From Bugula neritina (taxonomy: Eukaryota > Animalia > Bryozoa), in NCBI GenBank assembly GCA_964035545.1, contig OZ037771.1, forward strand, positions 15,749,510 through 15,813,509: 64,000 nt of DNA, read 5' to 3'. The notes below the pieces were generated by a model. That model was not told where the DNA came from, searched no databases, and worked only from the letters and a program-made list of their open reading frames with translations. Of the stretch, positions 36,261 through 49,726 are shown in pieces (the first letter of the stretch is position 1; each line of letters begins with the position of its first letter). The position numbers and the translations under genes were made by a program.

Positions 36261-36944
36261 CAGTACTGCTCCTATAAATACTACTAAGCGTGGTGAGACA
36301 ATGATACACCTACTTATGATTTTCTTTCTTGAACTAGAACAGGCCATTCCACCACTGGTAGTTATTGCTAATTCAATTGCAAAGCTAGTATGACTCAGCT
36401 ATATAGCAGGCTACAATAGTTAGCTATTAAGCCATTAGAGAATAGCCTTTATTTTAAGCTATTTATAGCAAGCAGATGACAAAAATCAGTATTCTATTAT
36501 AAGGCATAGACCCATAAGGATTGACCCACAAGGTAGCTATTTTGTATTCAAATTTTGTTCTTTTGATAGTTTATAGTGTTGTAGCTTCACTGAATAATAT
36601 TTCTTGTATTTGTTTTTTATTGCTGTCAGTTGGTCATGAGTGTAAAATATAGTTGACATTGTTAATAGGGTTCACTGTTAGTAAAGGTTGGTCCCCTAGA
36701 AATAAAGATAAAATTCAGTGGCAAATGAGCTTCAGACTCTACTTATACTCATGAGAATGAAAATTTAAACTACTGTCGCAGGAACGCCCACCAACTGAGC
36801 TGGTGAAGGCTGTCATAATTTAACATATTATTCTGTTTGTAGAATAATCCCTGCCTGCTGCACATACGCAAAACGACATCATTCCAGTGTCAACTCAGGA
36901 GATGCTTTTCATTTGTCAGCCAATCAGATTTGCTGGAGTGAAGC

Positions 36945-37345
36945 ATAAATATATTTGGGGCCTGTAGGGTCCACTCGAAGAAGTAGAGACTAAAGACAGC
37001 ATGCCAGCTTATCAACAGTATCTTCTGTAGCCCTGGTATCCATGCCCAGGATAACTCCATCCTAAAACACAGTTTAGAGATATAAGTTGTGTAAACTCAA
37101 TACTTCGCAACTAACATTTCCTATTTTTATTATGGCCATAACAATAGTTGAACAATAATAGCAATAACACCTAATCCACAAACAACTTTGTCTCAAACTG
37201 AATTTATTAACTATTTTTCAACAAATAAATTATGTGCATCAAAAAATGAAAAATGAAACTTACCTTATATATTATCCCACATATAGTCGTGCCAGTACTG
37301 TAACCTTTTGGTGCTGTAAAACCTTTAGATGAAAGATGAGCATTT
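36945..37345 (-). pseudogene. PSMB7: Proteasome subunit beta-2 (PSMB7) fragment
   Basis: Exon 37345-37264 (NAHLSSKGFTAPKGYSTGTTICGIIYK), GT-AG intron, then exon from 37061 (DGVILGMDTRATEDT), a stop, and a VDPTGPKYIY remnant resembling PSMB7 VDVTGPHLY. First exon and most of the body are absent. Confidence 0.85.
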
Positions 37346-40300
37346 CTTAAACAACCAACTCTCAAGATAATTCCTGTTGCTTGAAGAGAGATGTGTGTTT
37401 CCAAAGACTGAATGAAGAGAGAGCTGAAAGTGCAGGGTTTATATCAGTCTAGAAAATAGCTTTTTTCTGAAATAGCCAAAATAGCTGCACACAAGCAAAT
37501 AACACAACAGAGGAAAACATACTGTAGCTAACATAGCATAATGTAGCTAACATAGCTATGTTAATACAATTAAAGCTGTAATGATTCAACAAAAGCTTTC
37601 CATGCTCATGTAATGCCCAAACAATTTTTATGCCTTACAGTGTACCTGGAAAAGCACGTATGCCCAAATGTCAACAGCGAACAGGTTATGCAGAATAGAT
37701 AATGTGGACAACATATTTTCTCCCTTATAGTGCAGTAGAAATATATAACACAGGAGTTACCAACCTTTCCCTAATATTCCCCCTTTCATGAATATTTACT
37801 ATTAATTTCCCCCTTTTGACAAACTGTGAAAATTTTTTACAACTGGCATCATGATAATATAGGATACAACAATATACATTATATGAAAAGTGCAGCAGTA
37901 TTTACAGCTCTAAATCCTGCATGGCACACTAACAACTATCAAGACAAACATCCACAATAAAAGTGACTTTAAAAACAACAAAATTTAGTTGAAGCATCAA
38001 TAACTAGTTTTAGAGACTATAGAGAATAAGAACATTGTATATAATGCATAGTACCAGAGGCATATAGTTTAAATGTGAGACTTTGGCAGAATTTGGCTGC
38101 TACTGGTAAAACCCATTCGCTAGTAATTTAAAATTCAGCTGATTGGGGTAAAATAATATAATTAGGGTATAAAAGTAGACATCAACCACCGAGGGTATGT
38201 ATAATCAGATTAAGATAAACCGCATAAAACATCCAAGCCATACCAACTTATAGAGAAGCAAAATAGTATATCAGTTCAACTTTAGTCAAATTTTATTTGT
38301 AATTCTTGAAAATATAACTTGATGAAAAGTTTGAAACTGTTTACTGGTTGAATTGTGATTAATTAAAAATTTCCAAATAATTCTAGAATTAGTTTAATCA
38401 AGGATTCGTGTTATACTTAATAGGAATTGTTGGGACTTTACATGAGTTGAGAAAGCTTTTCCCTAATGCACTATAGCTTTTCATGTATAATTATTACAGC
38501 TATGCAAGCTATATTACAATTTTCCGACACTCATTACGGCTACTAAACAATAGCTGACTTTTTTGACTGGTATAACAACCCAGTATTTTCATCTATCTTT
38601 AAGCTTGCGTCTTGCAACTACGCTTACAACTTATGATGTAAAGGCTTTTACATCGCTACTTTCTTTTAGACTGCTACAATAAATATCTCTATATATTAAA
38701 AACAACAGGAATTACCTCCATATAGCTCATCCAGCTGACCCATGTGAAGAATAATCTAGAATGACTTTGTCCAACTTTATACCCAATTGGTTGGTTGTCT
38801 AGTAGATGACCATGTGACCATCACAGCAGTTACTGCAAGAAGAAAGCAGTCTATAATTATGTGGTGTTGCATATCATGAAAAACAATGAAATAAAATACT
38901 AAATATAACTTATTTTATAAAACATTATTGAAGAAAGCAACAAAAGTAAAAATGGAGAACAACAGGGGGGGGGGAGATTCACATTTTTTATTGATGTATA
39001 GGTGTACAGAAGAGTGTCACACTTAATTAATTTTAAAAAATGATTTGTTGAAAGAGCCATAACCAAAAATCAAAAATGAAAGCCTGACTTCGTTTTCTTA
39101 CCACAAGCAAGCATAGCACTATGTAAACTTATATTTTTTAATAAGAGGTTTTCACACATTCAGCAATAAATTGACAGAACAACAAATATGATTGAAGAGT
39201 GCTCATTTAGATGGAATGAGGTTTGGTAGTATTTACAAGCTCCAAAATCAAATGAATTACTTATTGATGGTTTTCAATGAATACAATGATTGTATTAACA
39301 TGAAAGTAAAATCCTAAAATAAAATCTCAATCATGTGCTGATTTTTCATCTCTTCAGTCAAGTTTGTATGGAGCTAGGGTAAGGTTGGCAAGAGCTATAA
39401 CAATAGGCTGTTTTAACTTTCATTAGAAACACATATGGCAATTCTTGAATGAAATAAACAGCTAAAACTTTTAAAGCTAAATATAACGACAAAAAAACAG
39501 CCAAGTGTTACGGTAGAATTAATCAACAGTGGACTTCATAGCTAACAGGACATATAGTATCAGTATTTTATGTGCCGAACAGTACAGTTTCATTTTAATC
39601 ATCACTTTATAGTACAGTTCTATGTGCACAACTTCCCAAAGTTATATATTCTACACCTTACACAATTATATTGCAACTTTTATCAAAAGCAGATGCTTCA
39701 GTGTTTGAGTAGTAACGCTTGTTATGCTTATCCTAAATCATACTTTGTCCAAGGGAAGGTAGAAAAAGCTGAATCTAACATCATTTATGAGAGTAGCTAT
39801 CCCCTGGTAGTAGCTTTATAAATGCTAAAACCTAATAGCACATAACACAGGGAAAGAGCAAATATTGTTACAATAAACAATTCATTTAGACACAAACCTG
39901 AACCGATGAACTTTCGTTGAATCAAACACAGAGAGAAGACAACTTCTACATGGCATCTCATGGATTTAAAACCAGTCTTGATAGCAAGGTAACTTTTATC
40001 TGCGTGTGGTTAAACACAACTACAAAACAGACAAGAAATATTCTAAACTACCTTAATATATAAAACATTTTATTTTAATTTGCTAATACAGTAAATGTTT
40101 GCAGAGCTGAGATACTAGTCTACTGACTACAAGTGATTAACTTGAACAAATTCACAAGACTTGGAGTTAACAAGACTAAAATAATAAATAAACCACAACA
40201 TTGTTACTACCACTTCAAACAGAAATAGATATACATGAATTATGGACATCAGTTATCAAGAAGAATACAAGAAGCACAAGATAAATCTTCCAATACATCG

Positions 40301-40810
40301 TGTAAAACTAGTAAAATTGAAACCACAGAGAAAATTATTGTAAATAATAAATACCTAATTATAACCAAGATGGGACTCTCAGAACTGACCACGGTTGACT
40401 AGGTCCTATCTTCCTGGTGTAGACCATATGTTTTCTAATGTGTGAATATCTGAGCTGCTCGGATACATTCTAAAAAACAAAACACATTTGACAAATTGAA
40501 GTTGTTGAATAAATGATGACAGACATGTATGAGACAAATTATAGACTGTAGAATCTAGAGTATGGGAAATTTGTATCATGATAAAATCAACTTAGTCTAC
40601 AGAACCAGGAAAGACACTTCTTTGAATCAGAAACTTTTTCAGTTGAAACGACGTAAACTGAATATTCCACTTTTTAATTTCAAGGAATGATTATGACTAT
40701 AATATGAGTATGTAACTGAAATAAAGTCAAACAAATTGAATTATTGGGTAGGAGTTAAAATTTATTGCACAGTTATGGCTATTTTGAAAAGAAAAGTTGA
40801 TTTCAATTAT
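37026..40810 (-). repeat. Right arm of inverted duplication (copy B)
   Basis: Collinear reverse complement of ~36167 to ~31880 with scattered substitutions and indels. It lacks the ~33430-33780 segment, part of which reappears at ~44780-44950. Confidence 0.9.
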
Positions 40811-41559
40811 GAGCCATACAGTACAGAGCAGCAAATCAATGAATTAAAATCATAAGCTTGTACATGTGGTGAGCAAAGCAACAGCTGCACTTTTACAGAA
40901 AGGTCATTGTAAAATGTTAGTGTAAATATTTGTGCGAAGTTTAATACTCCTGCAGAGGGGTTGATATAGAATCACAAAAATTATGTCTAATGATCATATA
41001 TCACAACAAAATACCGTAATTATTAAAACGGCATTATATTAATATAGAAATTAACCATCCCTTCAGTGTGGATAACAATTAATTAAGGCAAGCAGATAAA
41101 ATCAAGCTGAAGACAAGTCTACTGTAAAATGAAAAATTTATAGAAAGAAAATGAAAAAAAACTGTAAACACTGAAATAAAAATAAAATATGATACAAGCA
41201 AAAATGGCTTGGCATATTATATAATTAGTGGTACAGCAGCACCAATATTATGCTTAGACAAGAAATTATCCCAAAGGATAAATTTTCAATAAACTAAAGA
41301 AATGAGCACTGAGTCACTGCATCAACTATTAGCTAGAAAACCTTCATCAAACTAAAAGAAGTAACAGCTAGGGTGCTAAAATGTATAGCTCACTATTTGT
41401 AGTATTACTAACATTATTATTCTTAGTATTGATTTTGTGGTTTAGCTCAACAAACCAGAGGAGAACAGGGTAGAATTGTTACCTTGAAATCAAGCCAATT
41501 TAAAGCCAAGCTAAATTGAGATTTATTATATAAGCCTTGCAGCTGCATTTACTCAATTG

Positions 41560-44500
41560 AGTGCTTTAAATATTTGTTTTTGTTTTTGGAAATTTTTTAA
41601 AAGTTCTTAAACTTGTTCATTGAGCTAAAACATATAAAACACTATAAATTAAGCTCATGAATTACAACCATGTTCAGTACCAGTGAGATGCACAGAATAA
41701 AAAGTGTCTATCATTGAAACTGTAATTAAATCAAGTTTATGTTGATAATCAAATAAAATTTGTTCAATTAAACAATTCATTCATAATTTTTATTATAAAT
41801 CTTTAATGAAAACTGGGTGAAATCATCCGCAACTACCCTTTGTAAACATATAATAATATGAGCCACGCCCCCTACCGATAAGTAGCATAATGGTGGACAA
41901 CGCCCTAAAATCGCCACTCTCATATCAATCATATCTGGGGTGAGGCTGACAAGAGCTTTTACAATAGGCTGTTTTAACTTTTATTAGAAACATATTTGGC
42001 AATTTTTGAATGAAATAAACAGCTACAACTTTTAAAACAAAATAAAACGACAGAAAAACAGCCATGTGTTACGGTAGTGTTAATCAACAGTGGATTTAAT
42101 AGCTAATAGGAGCAGATATAGGTCAACTGAGTTTACCTAACTGCCTAGCACTGGAAGTTTTACTAATTCCAAGTGTTGGTAGTGAAGGTTAGACAACACA
42201 AACTTAATGAAAGGAAGAGTAAATATTGTTGCAGTAAGCAATTAATTTAGACGCAAACCTGAACTGATGAAAAGTTTTGATGAATGAAACACTTGTGAGC
42301 ATCTCATGGATATAAAACTGGTCTTGATATCAAGGTATAGCTTCTATCTGCATGTGGTTAAACACAACTACAAAACAGACAAGAAATATTCTAAACTACC
42401 TTAATATATAAAACATTTTATTTTAATTAGCTAATAGTAAATGTTTGCAGAGCTGAGATACTAGTCTACTGACTACAAGTGATTAACTTGAACAAATTCA
42501 CAAGATGTCAAGTTAACAAGACTAAAATAATAAATAAAACATTACTTTTTCACTATTAAAGATGAAATAGATAAACATAAATTATGGACATCAGTTATAA
42601 AAAAGAATACAGAAAGTACAAGATAATTCTTCCAATACATCGTGTAAAACTAGTAAAATTGAAAACAGAGAAAATTATTGTAAATAACAAATACCTAATT
42701 ATAACCAAGATGGGGCTCTCAGAACTGACCACAGTTGACTAGGTCACATCTTCCTGGTGAAAACCATATGTTCTCTAATGTGTGAATATCTGAGCTGCTT
42801 GGAGACATTCTAAAAAATGAACACATTCGATGAATTAAAATTGTTGAATAAATGATGACAAGACATGTATGAGACATCTTACAGACTGTAAAATCTAGAG
42901 TATTGGAAATTTACATGGTGATAAATTTTTATTATGATGAAATCAGCATAGTCTACAGAACCAGGAGAGAAACTTCTTTGAATCAGAAACACAACTTGTT
43001 TTAGTTGAAGCAGCTTAAACTGAATATTCCACTTTAACTTTTGAATTTCGATCCATGATTATGACCATGATGAGTATGTAACTGAAATAAAGTCAAACGA
43101 ATTAAATCATTGGGCAGCAGTTAAACTTCATTATACTGGTAAGGCTGTAGTGAAAAAAATTAAAACATTTGATTTCAATTATACTATTATTCACAGTATT
43201 GATTTTGTAGTTCAGTTCAACAGACCAGAGAAGAACAGGGTAGAAGTTGTGTTGAAATTAAGCTAATTTGAAGCTAAGCTAAATTGAAATTCATTATATG
43301 CCTTGCAGTTGTATTAACTCAAATGACTGCAGAATCAAATTGATAAAAAATGAGTGGCAGCTTATAAATTGAATAAAATATTCAATTTGAATTCTAAGCC
43401 TATGAATGAATACAGATTAACAAACAGTTTAGTAAAGACGGTACAAAATTATTAAATGACGTGCTAAATAAAGGATTACTTTGGTAAGATGACCAAACAG
43501 TTTCAGTTGCTGGACCAGTCAGTTTGAAGGGCAACTTAGTAATGACAGTGCAGAAATTGGCAGAAATTGAACAGGTGAGCTAGAAAAACTGCTTGTTCGA
43601 GAAGCTATTCAGGTAAATGATGAAAATAAATGTTGCAACTTGTGATTTGACTTCTGGAATTTTTATGGAGCTTCATCATCCTTCTAACCATTCACCATTA
43701 AATCACTAATTTCTGTTATCGAATGCAACTAGATATTAGCATGAGGTTAGGGACCTAAGGAAAGAGGACAGGGCTGTGCATGCACTTGCTTACTCCCAAC
43801 TCTTGCTTACTCCCAACTCTGACTACTGGTTGCAGGTAAACATTCAACTACTTGTTTGAAATGTGTTGGGGCAGGTCATGGTCATGAAATACTAGACATT
43901 CTGTATAGCATTAAGTTTACTATAATATGTGTGTACTGTCACTGTATGCCTGATGAAATAACTTTTATGGACATCAATTTTAAATAGCAGGAATTTGGGA
44001 TAAGGTAACTTTAGAAAATAAAGATTTAAAATAAAACATACCACGGACATCAATTTTAAATAGCAGGAATTTGGGATAAGGTAACTTTAGAAAATAAAGA
44101 TTTAAAATAAAACATACCACGGACAGATAAAGATGAGGCTTACAGGGATGGGAAGAATAACACACAGAGAAAAAGAGTAGAGGTTGCTGTTCCTCTGCCC
44201 ATTCTGTAACACAAAAAAAGTAAATAAACTTGTTCAAAATACACTAGAAAAAAGGAAGCAATAGAAACATCACCTGTAGAATTTTTTCTATCAAATTGAC
44301 AAATTTACTAGTAAATTCCAAGCATTCAGAAAACACTCAACACTATGTTAACTCTGTAGAAGTATATATTATATCTAAAGTTTCTAAGTGGTTAAATGAT
44401 TGAACCAACATCAAAATTTTCTACTCATGCATATAATACAGATGTGTGATATAAATAGGAAATCTAGTAATGTAATGAGTCTTGTGAAACAGTATAAATT

Positions 44501-47500
44501 TACAGCTCTAAAACTTACGTCGCAAACCAACAATTCAAAGAATCAAGACAGAAATTCACAATAAAAGTAGCTTTAAAACAATAAAATTTAGTTCGAGCAT
44601 GAAACACCAGTTTTAGAGAATATAGAAAATAAGTACATTGTATAATGCATACTACGAGAGACTTTGACAAAATTACGCTGTACATGCCACAGTTAGCCCT
44701 AATTTGCTAATAATTCAAAAATGCAACATCCAGCAGCATGACTGAAACTGAAAACTTGGACATGCAAAAGTAATAACCAGCTAACCTCATACTGCAAATA
44801 GAGTAGTATGCAGTTCACCTCAGTCTGAAAATAGTTCAGGTCAAGCAAAGATCAAACAACTCCAACTAATACCAAACCATCCAGAAGGAATATTATGAAG
44901 CAGCAATCAGTAACCTGTAAGTGAAACAAACCAACACTGGGTTTGAGCCAGGAAAGTTTCAGACATATCTAAAGCAAATAAAGTTGCAAAGATATGTAAA
45001 TGATATCTTTATACGAAGCTAGGGTGAGGCAAAGGTGATCTATATGAGAGTGGCAACTTTAGGGAATCATGGGGACATCATTATGCAGAATTCTGAGCTG
45101 AGTTTATATAAGTTAAAAAGGGAAAATTTTGTCACTTTTTTTATTTCATTATTATTTCTATTTTATGTGTACATTTTTAATTTTATTTATTGCTATAGTT
45201 TTTAAACACATTCTTTATACATATAAAATTAAAAACAAGTTTAAAACTCACTCACTAATAATTATGCATGTGTAGCTTAATATATTGACAATAGAAAGCC
45301 CAAAGTTATTCAATTTAATTTTAAATAGCATGATTCTTAGGATGAGGAAATTTATTTGAATTAAATTCTTAAAAATTATTATTATTTGAACTATTTTAAA
45401 AAGTTTTATCTAATACTAAGCTTACACCTTTTAAGCCATAAAAACAATCATTAAATAATTCATTGAGTGCTTTAAATATTTTTTTTGTTTTTGGAACTTT
45501 TTTAAAAGTTCTTAAACTTGTTTTTTGAGTTAAAACATATAAAACAATATAAATTAAGCTCATGAATTACAACCATGTTCAGTGCCAGTAAGCTGCACAG
45601 AATAAAACGTGTCCATCATTGAAACTGTAATTAAATCAAGTTTCTGTTGATAATCAAATAAAAATTGTTGAATTCATTATAATTTTTATCATAAATCTTT
45701 AGGGAAAACATGCAAAAGAGGACCAAAAACTCAGTGAAATTATTACGCAACAATCCACTGTAATTATATAATAATATGAGGCACACCTCCTACCAATAAG
45801 TAGCATAATGATGGACAACGCCCTAAAATTGCCGCTCTCATATCGATCATCTCAGGGCTGAGGCTGACAAGAGCTTTTACAATAGGCTGTTTTAACTTTT
45901 ATTAGAAACATATTTGGCAATTTTTGAATGAAATAAACAGCTACAACTTTTAAAACAAAATAAAACGACAGAAAAGCAGCTAGTGTTAATCAACAGTGGA
46001 TTTAATAGCTAATAGGAGCAGATATAGGTCAACTGAGTTCACCTAACTGCTTAGCACTGGAAGTTTTACTAATTCCAAGGGTTGGTAGTAAAGGTTAGAC
46101 AACTTTAACTTAATGAAAGGAAGAGGTAATATTGTTGCAATAAGCAATTCATTTAAACACACACCTGAACTGATGAAAAGTTTTGTTGAATCAAACACAG
46201 AGAAGACAACTTCTACATGTCGGCTTGTGAGCATCTCATGAATATAAAACGGGTCTTGATGGCAAGGTGACTTCTATCTGCATGTGGTTAGACACAACTA
46301 CAAAACAGACAATAAATTTTCTAAACTACCTTAATATATAAAACATTTCATTTTAATTTGCTAATAGTAAATGTTTGCAGATCGAGCTGAGATTCTAGTC
46401 TAAAGACTACAAGTGATTAACTTGAACAATTCCACAGGACTTGGAGTTAACAAGACTAAAATTATGAATAAAAGATAACATTTTTACTACTTCAAACAGA
46501 AATAGATAAACATGAATTATGGACATTAGAATACAAGAAGTACAAAATAATGATTTGCCTAACATCATTTAAAATTGGTAAAATTGAAAACAGAGAGAAT
46601 TATTGTAAATAATAAATACCTAATTATAACCAAAATGGGGCTCTCAGAACTGACCACAGTTGGCTAGATCCTATCTTCCTGGTGAAAACCATATGTTCTC
46701 TAATGTGTGAGTATCTGAGCTGCTCGGAGTGATTCTAAAAAACAAAACACATTTCATAAATTAAAATTGTTGAATAAATGATGACAGATATATATGAGAC
46801 ATCTCATAGGTTCTAAAATCTAGAGTATTGAAAATTGTATCATGATAGAATCAACATAGTCTACAGAACCAGGAAAGAAACTTCTTTGAACAAGAAATAT
46901 TACTTGTTTTTTTATAGTTACAGCAGTTTAAACTGAATTTATTCCACTTAAACTTTTCAATTTCGAACCATGATTATGACCATGATGAGTATGTAACTAA
47001 AATAAAGTCAAACAAAATAAATCATTCAGCATAAGTTGAACGTTATTATAGCGAGAAAAACATTAAAATATTAGATTTCAATTATACTATTATTCTTAGT
47101 ATTGATTTTGTAGTTTAGTTCAACAGACCAGAGTAGAACAGGGTAAAAGTTACGTCAAAGTCAAGCCAATTTGAAGCAAAGCTGAACTGAAATTTATTAT
47201 AACTATAATTATAAGCCTTGCAGTTGCATTTACTCAAATGACTGCAGAATCAAATTGACTAGAAATGGGTAGCAGCCTATCAATTAAATCAAATAATCAA
47301 TGTGAAATCCAAGCCTATGAATAAATACAGATCAACAATCAGTAAACTAAAAGATAACGTTGATAAAAAGTTATTAAATGACATGCTAAACAAAGGTTTA
47401 CCTTGGTAAGATGACCAAACAATTTCAGTTGCACGACCATTCACTATGAAGAGCAATTTACTACAATGACAGTGCAGCAGACGTGCTCAGTCATCCGTAA

Positions 47501-48830
47501 CCAATCACTGCTCTATCGTCTGTAACTGATCACGTGATTATTGGGGCATGCGCTATATCTCATGACTCACTTCCAATGGTGTTCCCATTGAACTATAACT
47601 ATAAGGTTATAGTTTCAGTTCAGTGGGTGTTACCAAATCAGTGATCCATACTAATTTTAGTGCCTCAGATTCTATGGGGCCTCAAGTTTCAGAATATAAT
47701 GAAGGGAAAACAGAGATGTTATAGCAATCAAATACTTTTAAAAATTTGTCCTCTTTATGCAGCATTATCAATCATGTTTAGGGCAAAATAAACAGGAAAA
47801 GATATCACTATGCTAAATTAACCATCAAGAAAAGAAACACAAATTAATGACCCAAAAAAACACAAAGAAATTGAACAGGTGAGCTGAAGAAACTGTTGTT
47901 TAATTCTAAAAGCTATTCAGGTGAATGATGAAAATGAGTGTTGCAACTTGGAATTTGACTTTTGCAATTTTTATGGAGCTTTATCATCCTTCTAACCATT
48001 CACCATTAAATCACTAATTTCTGTTATTGAATGCAACTTATAGATATTAGCATGAGGCTAGGGACCTAAAGAAAAAGGACAGGGCTGTGCATGCACTTGC
48101 TTACTCCCAACTCTGACTACTGGTTGCAGGTAAACATTCAACTAGTTATTTGAAATAAGTTGGGGCAGGTCACAGTCACGAATTACTAGACAATCTGTAC
48201 AGCATTAAGTTTATTATAAGATGTGTGTACTGTCACTGCCTGATAAAATAACATTAATCCATAATTTTAAATAGCATGATATTTAGGATTAGGGAATTTT
48301 TCACTTAAAGCAATCTCATATTTCTAAACACTTGTAGTTCTCAATAATTTAAACAGATGTTGAAAATACATCAAACTTGAATATTGTTAAATAATAGTAA
48401 GAGAAGAAGAGGCTATGATATAACAACAGAGAGCGAAGAAAGGACTAGAAAACAAAGATTTAAAATAATACATACCAAGAGCAGATAGAGATGAGGCTTA
48501 CCGAGATGAAAAGAATAACACAGAGAGAAAAAGAGTACAGGTTGCTGTTCCTCTACACATCTTGTAAAACAAAAAATAGCACATAAACTTGTTCAAAATA
48601 CAATAGAAAAAAGGAAGCATGAGCTATGGCAATAGAAACATAACCTGTAGAACTTTTTCCTCCAAACTGACACTCAACACTATGTTAACACTGTATAGGA
48701 GTATATGTTATATCTAAAGTTTCTAACTGGTTAAATGATTGAACCAACATCAAAATTCTCTACTCATGCATATGATACAGATGTATGATATAAGTAGGAA
48801 ATCTAGTAACGTAATGAGTCTTGTGAAACA
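41560..48830 (-). repeat. Direct segmental duplication (~41560-44500 vs ~45465-48830) containing further inverted copies of unit A
   Basis: Matching blocks: 41560-41940 with 45465-45860, 41940-43550 with 45860-47480, 43555-43980 with 47870-48270, 44080-44500 with 48450-48830. Confidence 0.85.
43969..44125. repeat. ~76-bp tandem duplication
   Basis: GGACATCAATTTTAAATAGCAGG...AAACATACCAC occurs twice. Confidence 0.85.
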
Positions 48831-49559
48831 ACTTACAGAGAAGTAAAATACTATATCAGTTTGACTTGAGTTCAAATATAATTAGTAATTTTTGAAAATA
48901 CAACTTGATGAAAAGTTTGAAACTAGTTACTTGTTGAATTGTGATTAAATGAAAATTTGTGAACAATTCTATAGATAAATAGCTTCATCAAGGAGACATG
49001 TTATACTTAATAAGAATTACCTCCATATATGGCTCTTACAGCTGACACATGTCAAGAATAATCTAGAATGATTTTGTCCAACTTTACACCCAATTGGTTG
49101 GCTGTCAAGTAGCTGACCATGTGACCATCACACCAGTTACTGTAAGAGTAAAGTAGTCTATAATTATGTGATATTGCATATGATGAAAAACAATGAAATA
49201 AACATAAAATTACAAATTTATACAGCTCATTTATTACAACAGCAGTAGAAAAAGCAAAAAAAAGAAATGGAGAAATACAAAAAAATCAAATTTAATCTTG
49301 AAGATTAATCATTACTCAAATAAGTAGAAGAATGTCATCATGCTTAATTAAGTTGAAATATGATTTGTTGAAAGAGCCATAACCTGATAAATAATAAAGC
49401 TAGCAAATATACCTCATTGTTACCAGCAAGCTGAAAATAGTTACCAAGTAAGAACAAAATACTTCCCTAGTCTGAAGGCTGCCGAGTCACAATAAACTGA
49501 TCAAACTATTCTTACTGACAGAGCAGACAATTTGAAAGTGTGAGCCTTTGAATATCCTA

Positions 49560-49726
49560 GAGAAGACAACTACCTCATCATATTACAAGAAATTGAGAGA
49601 AGACAATTATATAATGGAGCTGTAAGAAAACAGGAGAAGACAACTACATTATGAAAGTTCAGGAAAACAAAAGAAGATAACTTCATAATGGAACTTCAAG
49701 AAAACAAGAGAAGACAACTACATTAA
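49560..49726. repeat. Degenerate 37-bp tandem repeat (AGAAGACAACT...AGAAAACAAG)
   Basis: About 4.5 diverged copies abutting a minus-strand acceptor at ~49557. Confidence 0.75.

Noticed and set aside
37026-49380. Inverted and direct copies as an assembly artefact
   Set aside because: Copies differ by many substitutions, indels and rearrangements, unlike a chimeric fold-back read. Read-level confirmation is still advisable.
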